43,970 nucleotides of DNA from Clostridia bacterium (lineage in GTDB: Bacteria; Bacillota; Clostridia; Oscillospirales; Acutalibacteraceae), in assembly GCA_017418905.1 (NCBI GenBank), contig JAFOMO010000025.1:1-43970 (forward strand), given 5' to 3'. The notes beneath the pieces are model-generated. The model was not told where the DNA came from. It made no database searches and saw nothing but the letters and a program-made list of their open reading frames with translations. Each line of letters opens with the position of its first letter. The stretch's first letter is position 1. Both the position numbers and the translations under genes were made by a program. This document shows, piece by piece, positions 35,319 to 43,681 of the stretch.

Positions 35319-36128
35319 ATGAAACGAACATTATCTGTACTACTTGTGGACGATGATTTAACAACCTGCGACAGAATTAAAAGAATAGCAGAATCGTATA
35401 ATGATATACAATTGATAGCCTCGGTAAACAATGCCGAAGATGCTGTTAATTGTGTAAAAGAACAAAAACCCGATGCTATGATCTTAGACTTGGAGCTTCA
35501 TCACGGAAAAGGCAACGGATTTGACGTTCTGAAAGAGATAAAAACACTTGGTTTGTGTTCTCCTTTTATTCTTATCACCACATACAACACAAGCAGTACT
35601 ACTTACGAAATTGCAAGAAGACTCGGCGCTGATTTTATTATGTATAAAAAACAGGCTGAATACAGTGATGAAACTCCGATCAATTTTCTGAGAATGCTTT
35701 CCGATGAAATATTGTTCTGTGAAAGAAAGCCGAAAAAAGTTGTTGACAATAAGCAAGCTGTTTATACGGATCATTATCATGAATCGGAATATTCCGAAAA
35801 TGAAATCGATGATCTGATAAACGATGAGCTTATCAAAATCGGTATTAACCCAAAGGTTTTGGGATTCAAGTATTTAAAGGAAGCTATCAGAATTACCGTT
35901 AGCAACCCTACGCATAATATTTCTGCTAATATAGGGAAAAAGTTTGACAAATCTTCAGGAAGCGTTGAACGAGCTATGCAGAATGCTATTGAGCGTGCCT
36001 GGGAGCTTACCGATCTTGATGTATTGGCACAAAATTATACCGCAAGGATCAATTCTTCAAAAGGTGTTCCTACAATTCTGGAATTTATCTACTTTTATGC
36101 AAATAAGGTCAAACAAATAATCAGATGA
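35319..36128 (+). CDS. Spo0A-like response regulator (receiver domain plus Spo0A_C-type DNA-binding domain), divergent
   Basis: The receiver reads VLLVDDD...[20 protein letters not shown]. The C-terminus reads [19 protein letters not shown]...[24 protein letters not shown]...[18 protein letters not shown]. This is colinear with the Spo0A effector domain (IGVPAHIKGYLYLREAI...[24 protein letters not shown]...KPTNSEFIAMVADKL). Confidence 0.75.
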   Translation: [269 protein letters not shown]

Positions 36129-36135
36129 ATTTTTA

Positions 36136-36177
36136 ACTGCCTATGTTATCAACAGCTTAACATAGGCAGTTTTTTTA
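36136..36177 (+). terminator. intrinsic terminator of the Spo0A-like gene
   Basis: 13-bp stem ACTGCCTATGTTA / TAACATAGGCAGT, followed by TTTTTTT (36171-36177). Confidence 0.7.
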
Positions 36178-36181
36178 TTTG

Positions 36182-36763
36182 TTAGTTCTTTTCTTTGTTC
36201 TTTTGTTTAATTTTTTCTATTATCTTTTTCAGAAAAAAGAAATATATGCACGAACCGATCAATACACCAAACGTATTTGTTATCACATCATCTATATCTG
36301 TGAATCTCTCAAACAGCAATAATTGTGACAGCTCTATTATAACAGACATTATGAATCCGATCAATACATTTGTCTTTATGCTATCAAGCTTTTTTATACA
36401 ATTAGGAAAAATGATTCCGACAGGAATAAATAAGAAAATGTTTCCGAAATAATTGAACCTCGCCCATTTCGGAACCCATTGCACCATATGTATAATAGGT
36501 ACAAGATTCACATTGAACGGAAGTATCTTACTTGCATCAAAATTCAGATTACCAATATGCCCGTCTATTAATCCGTAAGGGAAATATACAAACCTTGCTA
36601 CTACAATAAGATAAATACAGACCGGCAGCAGCTTTAACTCATATTTAATATCAAACTGTTTAGTTTTTGCAAAAACAATTAACCTGACTGCTGCCCATAT
36701 TATTATGATTGCAGTTACAAATTCAAAAAAAGAGATTATTATCATCAAAAAACACATCCACAA
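36182..36763 (-). CDS. VanZ-like family membrane protein
   Basis: Four or five TM helices with the VanZ-type pattern NLVPI...FGNIFLFIPVGIIFP...SVIIELSQLLL..RFTDIDDVITNTFGVLIG. The start codon is uncertain: TTG at 36763 or ATG at 36757, both with a weak ribosome-binding site. Confidence 0.7.
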   Translation of the reverse strand: MWMCFLMIIISFFEFVTAIIIIWAAVRLIVFAKTKQFDIKYELKLLPVCIYLIVVARFVYFPYGLIDGHIGNLNFDASKILPFNVNLVPIIHMVQWVPKWARFNYFGNIFLFIPVGIIFPNCIKKLDSIKTNVLIGFIMSVIIELSQLLLFERFTDIDDVITNTFGVLIGSCIYFFFLKKIIEKIKQKNKEKN

Positions 36764-36784
36764 AAAAGCAGTACTCCGAGCATG

Positions 36785-36947
36785 CTAAGGAATCGTCAAG
36801 AAATAACTTGCACTTTCATGCTCGCCTCATTTGCCCTGTGTGTCGTCACAATACCTTGAAATACGTCAGTATTCCTGCGGTATTGTGCCTAACACAGAAC
36901 AAATTATTCTTCGCCTGAACTGCACAACTTATTTCTTGACAATTCCT
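36785..36947 (-). repeat. intergenic structured repeat, copy B (family 1, full length), sense strand -
   Basis: 25-27-nt inverted termini at 36788-36812 and 36921-36947 (2 mismatches, 1 bulge). The hairpin 36847-36887 carries the shared core. 134/139 bases are identical to the reverse complement of 10601-10739. Confidence 0.85.
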
Positions 36948-37088
36948 AATTCTAAACTACTATTATATTTTATCATTTTGTTTGCTACACTGTAAACAAT
37001 AATTGAGAGAATAAATATTTTTCTGCTATTTGTATATGTTTTCCCACTTCAATTTATACAAATCAAACAAACTTTATACTCATACTAC

Positions 37089-37232
37089 TATTCAATAAAA
37101 AACTTTAAATCTTTACTGTCTAATTTCCGCAATACGTCGTCATCGTCCTTGAAATACGTCAATATTCCTGCGTCCTCTTCCTCGTCTTGCGAAAATTATC
37201 CTCGTAAATCTTTTAAAGCTTTTTATTGAATA
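37089..37232 (-). repeat. intergenic structured repeat, copy D (family 2), sense strand -
   Basis: About 28-nt inverted termini at 37089-37116 and 37204-37232. The core lies at 37147-37172 inside the hairpin 37128-37191. About 85% identical to copy C. Confidence 0.8.
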
Positions 37233-37240
37233 TTAGTATC

Positions 37241-37283
37241 AAAAAAAAAGATCCCAACAATAGCCGGGATCTTTTATTTTTTT
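37241..37283. terminator. bidirectional intrinsic terminator after polC
   Basis: A9 run, stem GATCCC / GGGATC (37250-37255 / 37266-37271), then TTTTATTTTTTT. Confidence 0.6.
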
Positions 37284-37296
37284 ATACTTTAAAAAA

Positions 37297-40200
37297 TCAG
37301 AAAAATGTCATCTGATTTGATTCAGGAAGATCTCCGAATGCCCCAATTGACTTTAAAGTTTCAATTACTGTCTTTGATACTGTGGCCTGCGTCTGTATAT
37401 CTTCAATAGACAAAAACTTGCCTTTCTTTACAACATCAACAAGACTTTGGGCAGCAGCTTCACCTACGCCGGGCATTGAACAGTAAGGAAGTCTTAATGC
37501 ATCGCCTTCAATGACAAATTTTTTCGCCTCCGATTTAAATATGTTGATCGGCAGCACCTTTATTCCCCTGGCAAGCATTTCGTTAACTATTTGCAATGTA
37601 GCAAGGTCTGTTTTGTCCTTCGCCGTTGCGTTATTGCCTTTTTCAAGAATGTTCTTTATTTTTTCTGCCACGGCAGGTTTTCCGGCAAGTGCAGATTCTG
37701 CGTCAAAGCTTTCTCCCCGAACAGTAAAATATGCTGCATAATAAGCAACCGGTCTATGTACTTTATACCATCCAAGACGAAGTGTTGAGATCATGTATGC
37801 GGCTGCATGTGCTTTAGGGAACATATATTTGATCTTCATACACGAATCAATATACCACTGAGGAACATTATGTTCTTTCATAGCATTTATATGTTCTTCT
37901 GTGAGAAGCTTTGTTGCTTTTCCCTTTCGCACTATCTCCATTATCTTAAATGCCATTTTCGGTTCAAGACCTTTATGAAGCAGATAAGTCATAATACTGT
38001 CTCTTGTTCCTATTACCTCAGAAATTGTACAAGTACCGTTTTTAATTAGATCTGCAGCATTTCCTATCCATACGTCTGTACCATGTGACAGACCCGATAT
38101 TTGCAGTAGGTCGGAAAATGTTTTCGGCTGAGACTCTACAAGCATCTGACGTACAAAACTTGTTCCTGATTCCGGAAGAGAAAATGTTCCCGTTTGAGAA
38201 TCAATATCTTCGGGCTTTACGTTTAATGCTTTTGTTGACGTAAAAAGTGACATTACCTCCGGATCGCTCATTGATACATCCATAACGCTTATACCTGTAA
38301 ATTCTTCGAGATAATGGTATATAGTAGGAACATCATGACCGAGCTCGTCAAGCTTGCAGATCGTGTCGTGAATTGAATGGAAATCAAAGTGTGTTGTAAT
38401 ATTATCCGATTTCTGATCGTTTGCGGGACGCTGTATCGGACAAAAATCAAATACGTTCATACCTCTGGGCACAACTACCATGCCGCCCGGGTGCTGACCT
38501 GTTGTTCTTTTTACTCCTGTGCAGCCTGCCGACAATCTTTCTTCTTCTGCGGCGTTATAATTTTTTCCTGTCTGCTCTTCATATTTTTTTACATATGCAA
38601 AAGCAGTTTTGTCTGCAACGGTTGCGATCGTTCCTGCCTTGAACACATTCTCTTTACCAAACAAAGTTTCGGTATATCTGTGTGCCTGTGACTGATATTC
38701 ACCCGAGAAATTTAAGTCAATATCGGGCACTTTGTCACCATCAAAGCCCAGGAATGTTTCAAAGGGAATCTCGTGACCGTCACGGTGGTATGGTGTACCG
38801 CATTTAGGACAATTTTTTGCAGGAAGGTCAAAGCCGGAACCAACACTTCCGTCTGTAATGAACTCGCTGTTTTTACACTCGGGATTAGGACAAATATAAT
38901 GCGGACAAAGAGGATTTACCTCTGAAATACCCGACATTGTTGCAACGAAGGACGAACCTACCGAACCTCGCGAACCTACAAGATAACCGTGAGCCTCAGA
39001 GTCTGCAACAAGCTTTTGCGCCGTCATATACAAAACCGAGAATCCGTGTTTTGTAATAGAACCGAGTTCTCTGTCAAGACGTGCCTGCACTATTTCTGGC
39101 AAAGGATCGCCGTACATATCTTTTGCACGCTTCCATGTTATTGTGGTGAGCTGTTCTTCTGCGCCGTCAATAAAAGGCGGAAAATTTCCGTCCGGTATAG
39201 GCTTTATCTGCTCTATCATATCTGCGATCTTATTAGTGTTTTCAACGACTATCTCATACGCTTTTTCTTTTCCGAGGTATTCAAACTCATGCAGCATTTC
39301 TTTTGTTGTTCTCAAATAAAGCGGTGCCTGATGGTCTGCGTCTTCAAAGCCCTTGCTATTCATAATGATCTTTCTGTACTCAGACATATGTGGATCGAGA
39401 AAATGAACGTCACAAGTAGCAACTACGGGGATATTGAGATCTTCTCCGAGCCTGATGATAGTTTTGTTAAATTCTATTATTTCATCAATAGATTTAACGT
39501 AATTATTTCTTACCATAAATTCATTATTGCCCAAAGGCTGAATTTCAAGGTAATCATAAAATGATGCTATTTCTTTAAGCTCTTCATACGATTTTTCTCT
39601 TGATGAAACTGCATGATACAACTCGCCTATCTCGCAGGCACTGCCAATTATCAGTCCCTCCCTGTGACGCATTAAAACAGATTTGGGTATTCTCGGTCTG
39701 CGGTAAAAATAGTTTAAATGTGCATATGATATTAGCTTATACAAATTTCTGAGTCCTGTCAGATTTTTTACCAATATGATCTGGTGATACGCTTTAAGCT
39801 TTTTCAGCTCCTCATTTGAGAGCATTGAACAGTTTTCACAAATTGCGTCTTCGCCCTCAAAAGGCTTACTGTATTCAGAAACTGTGTCATCTACATAATA
39901 AGCCTCTGTACCATATATTACTTTGATATTGCCGCCGTTTTTCTGAATATCGTTCAAGGTATTCATAGCTTCGGGGAATGCCTGTGCAACACCGTGATCT
40001 GTAATAGCGATAGCAGGCATACCCCACTCATACGCACGCATAATAAGATCTTTTGCAGGCGTTACACCGTCCATATCCGACATATTGGTATGTAAATGCA
40101 GCTCGCAGCGTTTTTTCTCTTCTTTATCAACTACTTTTACCTTTTGAGCAGTTGCAATGCTGGAGGCGTGCATTTCTACGATCCTGTCGAAATCATCATA

Positions 40201-41157
40201 CTTAACTTCGCCTTTAACAATGATCGTTGTATTTGCTTTCAGCAATTCAAGCGGTTTGCATTTTTCAATAAGCTCAAAAACCTTAACATTGATTGAGCTT
40301 GTGTAATCCGTTATCTTTATATTAAAAATATATCTTTTTGAATCACGGGTCAAACGGAAATCTATACCAAAAATGTCCCCCCATATCATGGTATTACCTG
40401 TTTCGGCTGTAAGCGTATTTATGGGCACAACATCTACTTTTGTTATAGCTCTTCCGAAAAGCGGCTTCATTGATCTATCGGCTAATACAGGAAATAAAGA
40501 ATCTCCCTCTCTTATCTCGATCTCGGGCTTTGCCTTTTCTGCTTCTTGTTTATGTTTATCAGCAGATGACATTGATTCCTCGTATGTCTCATATTCTTCT
40601 ACTTGCTTTATCTGCTCTTCTTTTCTCTGCCGGTTCTCGATTCTCTCCTGCATTTTTATGTATTCGGCATTGTCAACACTCATTGACGTTAAGCCGTCAA
40701 ATTCAACGGTATAATGACAGCCGAACATATTCTCAATTGCCTTTGAGATCAGCAATGACGCATTCTGACCTTTTATTACAGCTTCGCCGCCGTGAAACAA
40801 TGTAATAATAAACCTGTCACCGTCAATTATTGCTTTTGCGTCTTTAAACGTTCCATTGAGCGTTGCATTATCTCTTTTTAAGTGTAAAACTATCTCATTG
40901 AAATAATCGGCAGAGAAAGACTCCTTCGGAAAAACAGATCTTATTCTTACCGACGAAAGCTCCAAACTTCTTACAAGCTCTCTCTCAAGTGACAGTATAT
41001 CGCTTTGTAAAACAAGCTTATCGAATTTTATAACAGCAGTCATTGCATTTGAGCTTCTGTTAATTTTTATACTCATATCAGCAGCTTCTCCGCATTTGAG
41101 CCTGCCTACAAGCTCAGGAGAAGCATAGCTGTCAAAAACGTCTAAAATATTACTCAT
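37297..41157 (-). CDS. polC: PolC-type DNA polymerase III alpha subunit lacking the internal 3'-5' exonuclease domain
   Basis: PolC N-terminal domain and OB fold. PHP motifs (ELHLHTNMSDMDG, AIAITDHGV). Zn-finger (CPHYICPNPECKNSEF...CPKCGTPY). Polymerase core (PDIDLNFSGEYQ, GQHPGGMVVVP). HhH tail. The protein is 1286 aa. Only about 37 aa sit where the exonuclease domain is normally inserted. Confidence 0.95.
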   Translation of the reverse strand: MSNILDVFDSYASPELVGRLKCGEAADMSIKINRSSNAMTAVIKFDKLVLQSDILSLERELVRSLELSSVRIRSVFPKESFSADYFNEIVLHLKRDNATLNGTFKDAKAIIDGDRFIITLFHGGEAVIKGQNASLLISKAIENMFGCHYTVEFDGLTSMSVDNAEYIKMQERIENRQRKEEQIKQVEEYETYEESMSSADKHKQEAEKAKPEIEIREGDSLFPVLADRSMKPLFGRAITKVDVVPINTLTAETGNTMIWGDIFGIDFRLTRDSKRYIFNIKITDYTSSINVKVFELIEKCKPLELLKANTTIIVKGEVKYDDFDRIVEMHASSIATAQKVKVVDKEEKKRCELHLHTNMSDMDGVTPAKDLIMRAYEWGMPAIAITDHGVAQAFPEAMNTLNDIQKNGGNIKVIYGTEAYYVDDTVSEYSKPFEGEDAICENCSMLSNEELKKLKAYHQIILVKNLTGLRNLYKLISYAHLNYFYRRPRIPKSVLMRHREGLIIGSACEIGELYHAVSSREKSYEELKEIASFYDYLEIQPLGNNEFMVRNNYVKSIDEIIEFNKTIIRLGEDLNIPVVATCDVHFLDPHMSEYRKIIMNSKGFEDADHQAPLYLRTTKEMLHEFEYLGKEKAYEIVVENTNKIADMIEQIKPIPDGNFPPFIDGAEEQLTTITWKRAKDMYGDPLPEIVQARLDRELGSITKHGFSVLYMTAQKLVADSEAHGYLVGSRGSVGSSFVATMSGISEVNPLCPHYICPNPECKNSEFITDGSVGSGFDLPAKNCPKCGTPYHRDGHEIPFETFLGFDGDKVPDIDLNFSGEYQSQAHRYTETLFGKENVFKAGTIATVADKTAFAYVKKYEEQTGKNYNAAEEERLSAGCTGVKRTTGQHPGGMVVVPRGMNVFDFCPIQRPANDQKSDNITTHFDFHSIHDTICKLDELGHDVPTIYHYLEEFTGISVMDVSMSDPEVMSLFTSTKALNVKPEDIDSQTGTFSLPESGTSFVRQMLVESQPKTFSDLLQISGLSHGTDVWIGNAADLIKNGTCTISEVIGTRDSIMTYLLHKGLEPKMAFKIMEIVRKGKATKLLTEEHINAMKEHNVPQWYIDSCMKIKYMFPKAHAAAYMISTLRLGWYKVHRPVAYYAAYFTVRGESFDAESALAGKPAVAEKIKNILEKGNNATAKDKTDLATLQIVNEMLARGIKVLPINIFKSEAKKFVIEGDALRLPYCSMPGVGEAAAQSLVDVVKKGKFLSIEDIQTQATVSKTVIETLKSIGAFGDLPESNQMTFF

Positions 41158-41171
41158 TTAATCCTTCCTTA

Positions 41172-42215
41172 TTACATCTTTTCCACTTCTTCCAATAAAC
41201 ACTCTACCAATAATTCTTCGGGTACTTTCTTTACGATCTCTCCCTTTTTAAATATAAGTCCTTCACCTTTGCCACCTGCAATGCCTATATCTGCTTCTCT
41301 TGCTTCTCCGGGGCCGTTGACAATACAGCCCATTACGGCAACGGTAATATCTTTCTTGCAGTCACGCAGTCTGTCTTGCACCTCGTTTGCAATTGATATA
41401 AGATCGATTTTTGTTCGTCCGCAGGTCGGGCACGAAATAAACTTGACTCCGCTTGTATCAACGTCTATCGCTTTAAGTATATCCTTTGCGGCATACACCT
41501 CTTTTACAGGGTCATCTGTAAGCGATACTCTTACTGTATCGCCTATACCTCTCAACAAAAGCGAGCCTAAACCTGCGGCAGATTTTATCAAGCCCATGCG
41601 CTCTGTACCTGCTTCGGTTACTCCGAGATGCAACGGATAATCACACTTCTCAGATGCCAGCTCATAAGCCTTTATCATAGTGCCGACTGTGGAAGACTTC
41701 ATTGACAAAACTATATCGGTAAAATCAAAGCGTTCAAGCAGTGACGCATGATAAAGTGCGCTTTCGCACAAAGCTTCAGCCGTAGGAGAACCGTATTTCT
41801 GCAAAATATGCTTTTCAAGCGAGCCTGAATTTACACCGATACGAATAGGAATATTCTTTTCTCTGCAAGCCTTTACAACAGCATAAACTCTGTCATCGCT
41901 GCCGATATTGCCGGGATTGATGCGTATTTTATCAATACCTGCGGCAGCGGATTCAAGTGCAAGGCGATAATCAAAATGAATATCGGCAACAAGCGGTACT
42001 GTGATCTTTGATTTTATTGCATCTATAAGCCGTACTGCCTGCATATCGGGAACTGCTATCCTGATTATCTGACAGCCTGCTTTTTCAAGCTTTACTGCCT
42101 GTTCGACACTTCCCTCTATATTATCCGCCGGTATATTCAGCATTGACTGAACAGTAATGGGCGCACCGCCGCCGATCTGCACATTGCCGGCTTTTACGTA
42201 TTTTTTACTTCCCAT
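41172..42215 (-). CDS. ispG: 4-hydroxy-3-methylbut-2-en-1-yl diphosphate synthase
   Basis: VQIGGGAPITVQSM, RINPGNIG, and the C-terminal 4Fe-4S ligands CPTCGRT...GCIVNGPGE. I moved the start to ATG 42215, with GAGG 7 nt upstream. Confidence 0.95.
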   Translation of the reverse strand: MGSKKYVKAGNVQIGGGAPITVQSMLNIPADNIEGSVEQAVKLEKAGCQIIRIAVPDMQAVRLIDAIKSKITVPLVADIHFDYRLALESAAAGIDKIRINPGNIGSDDRVYAVVKACREKNIPIRIGVNSGSLEKHILQKYGSPTAEALCESALYHASLLERFDFTDIVLSMKSSTVGTMIKAYELASEKCDYPLHLGVTEAGTERMGLIKSAAGLGSLLLRGIGDTVRVSLTDDPVKEVYAAKDILKAIDVDTSGVKFISCPTCGRTKIDLISIANEVQDRLRDCKKDITVAVMGCIVNGPGEAREADIGIAGGKGEGLIFKKGEIVKKVPEELLVECLLEEVEKM

Positions 42216-42226
42216 AATCACACCTC

Positions 42227-43594
42227 TTATCCACCTATTCCTGTGCCTGTGGCAATTCTTACTATATCATTAATTGTAATAACTGCTATAAAGCCTAACA
42301 GCAGTATAAATCCTGCCGCATGTACCCAGGCTTCGTATTTTTGCGGTACAGGCTTTCTGATTATCAGCTCAATGAGCATAAAAACAAATCTGCCGCCGTC
42401 AAGTGCAGGCAATGGCAAAACATTTACAATACCCAAATTAACTGTTATTATCATGAGCATATACAGAATATTATTTACAGCGTCTCCAAAGCTCGATTCA
42501 AGCCCTGCCTGTGCTGCCTGTGTTACAACAGACGCTGCACCTACCGGTCCTGCAATATCATTCATACCGTAAGTTCCTGTTGCAAGACCGTACAGGCTGA
42601 TCCAGATCATTTTTACAACAGAAACAGTACCCTTGACAGATTCTGAAATCAAAGTACCGAAAGTTTTATCAATTGCTGTAACAGAAAAATCAAGCGATAT
42701 GGCAGGATTACCGTCATCTCCCGGATAGGTGAAGAAATCTACATTATTGAGCATTATTTCTTCGTTATTTCTCAAAACCTTTACATCCGTTCTGAATCTT
42801 TTTCTCTCGGGCATATACTCGCTTTCCTCCGGAACGTATTCTACCTTTGAAAGAGTATTGACCTGCTCGATCGTTTCATTTGTTATTTTGTCGGCTTCAG
42901 ACTTATCTGCGGCATTGTTGAGCTTTTCTATACCGCTGTTAAAAGCTTGTGATATTGCTTTCAGCTCTTCTTCTGTATAATCCTCGGCTTTCAATGCACT
43001 GTATTGTCTTGCAAGAGTAAAACCGCAGTCTTCTTTATATATTGAAAAGTCTTCTCCGTCTACTATCTGTAAAGGTATCATAACCAAAGCAAAGGAAATA
43101 TCTCTCGAACAATTAATATCATAGCCGCCGATCTCGAGCAGCTTATCGCCTGCCTGCAAACCTGATTTTGAAGTAAATGCTGTTTGTGCAAAGCCTGAAA
43201 TTGTAGTTGATGAAAAATAAGGCGACTGTACAAGAAGGATCATCATCATTATCAAGCCGAGTATGATATTATTAAACGCACCTGCCAATACAACTATCAT
43301 TCTCTGCCAGACAGGTTTATTAATTAACGCACGCTCGTTGTCACTTTCTTCGTTTTCGCCCTCCATAGCACAAAAACCGCCTATCGGCAGTAATCTTAAA
43401 GAATATTCAGTTTCGCCTTTTTTGACGTGTAATATTTTCGGTCCCATTCCAAGAGCAAACTCATTGACCTGAACGCCAAATTTCTTTGCGGTTATGAAAT
43501 GTCCGAACTCGTGAATAAATATTATCAGCTCAAAAATCAAAACACCTATCACGATCAATGCAATTTTTGTAAGAATAAGATCAGATCCTTCCAA
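42227..43594 (-). CDS. rseP: RIP site-2 metalloprotease RseP/RasP (M50 family)
   Basis: HEFGHF zinc motif in TM1, a central PDZ-like region (GLQAGDKLLEIGG), and the C-terminal NVLPLPALDGGR motif. The start codon is uncertain: TTG at 43594 has no clear ribosome-binding site. Confidence 0.85.
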   Translation of the reverse strand: MEGSDLILTKIALIVIGVLIFELIIFIHEFGHFITAKKFGVQVNEFALGMGPKILHVKKGETEYSLRLLPIGGFCAMEGENEESDNERALINKPVWQRMIVVLAGAFNNIILGLIMMMILLVQSPYFSSTTISGFAQTAFTSKSGLQAGDKLLEIGGYDINCSRDISFALVMIPLQIVDGEDFSIYKEDCGFTLARQYSALKAEDYTEEELKAISQAFNSGIEKLNNAADKSEADKITNETIEQVNTLSKVEYVPEESEYMPERKRFRTDVKVLRNNEEIMLNNVDFFTYPGDDGNPAISLDFSVTAIDKTFGTLISESVKGTVSVVKMIWISLYGLATGTYGMNDIAGPVGAASVVTQAAQAGLESSFGDAVNNILYMLMIITVNLGIVNVLPLPALDGGRFVFMLIELIIRKPVPQKYEAWVHAAGFILLLGFIAVITINDIVRIATGTGIGG

Positions 43595-43681
43595 CTATAT
43601 TAAAATACCATAAGAAACTGTTCGCCCCCTTTGAGATCGGGAGCGACAGTTTTTCTATTGTGGGTTTCTCAGATATACCCA

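Noticed and set aside
36936-36966. TTGACA and TTGACG hexamers inside the terminal arms of the family-1 repeat (36936-36941 and 10725-10730), considered as outward-facing -35 boxes.
   Set aside because: The nearest -10-like hexamers are 19-22 nt away (TATTAT at 36961, TAAAAT at 10753). That is outside the functional 16-18-nt spacing.
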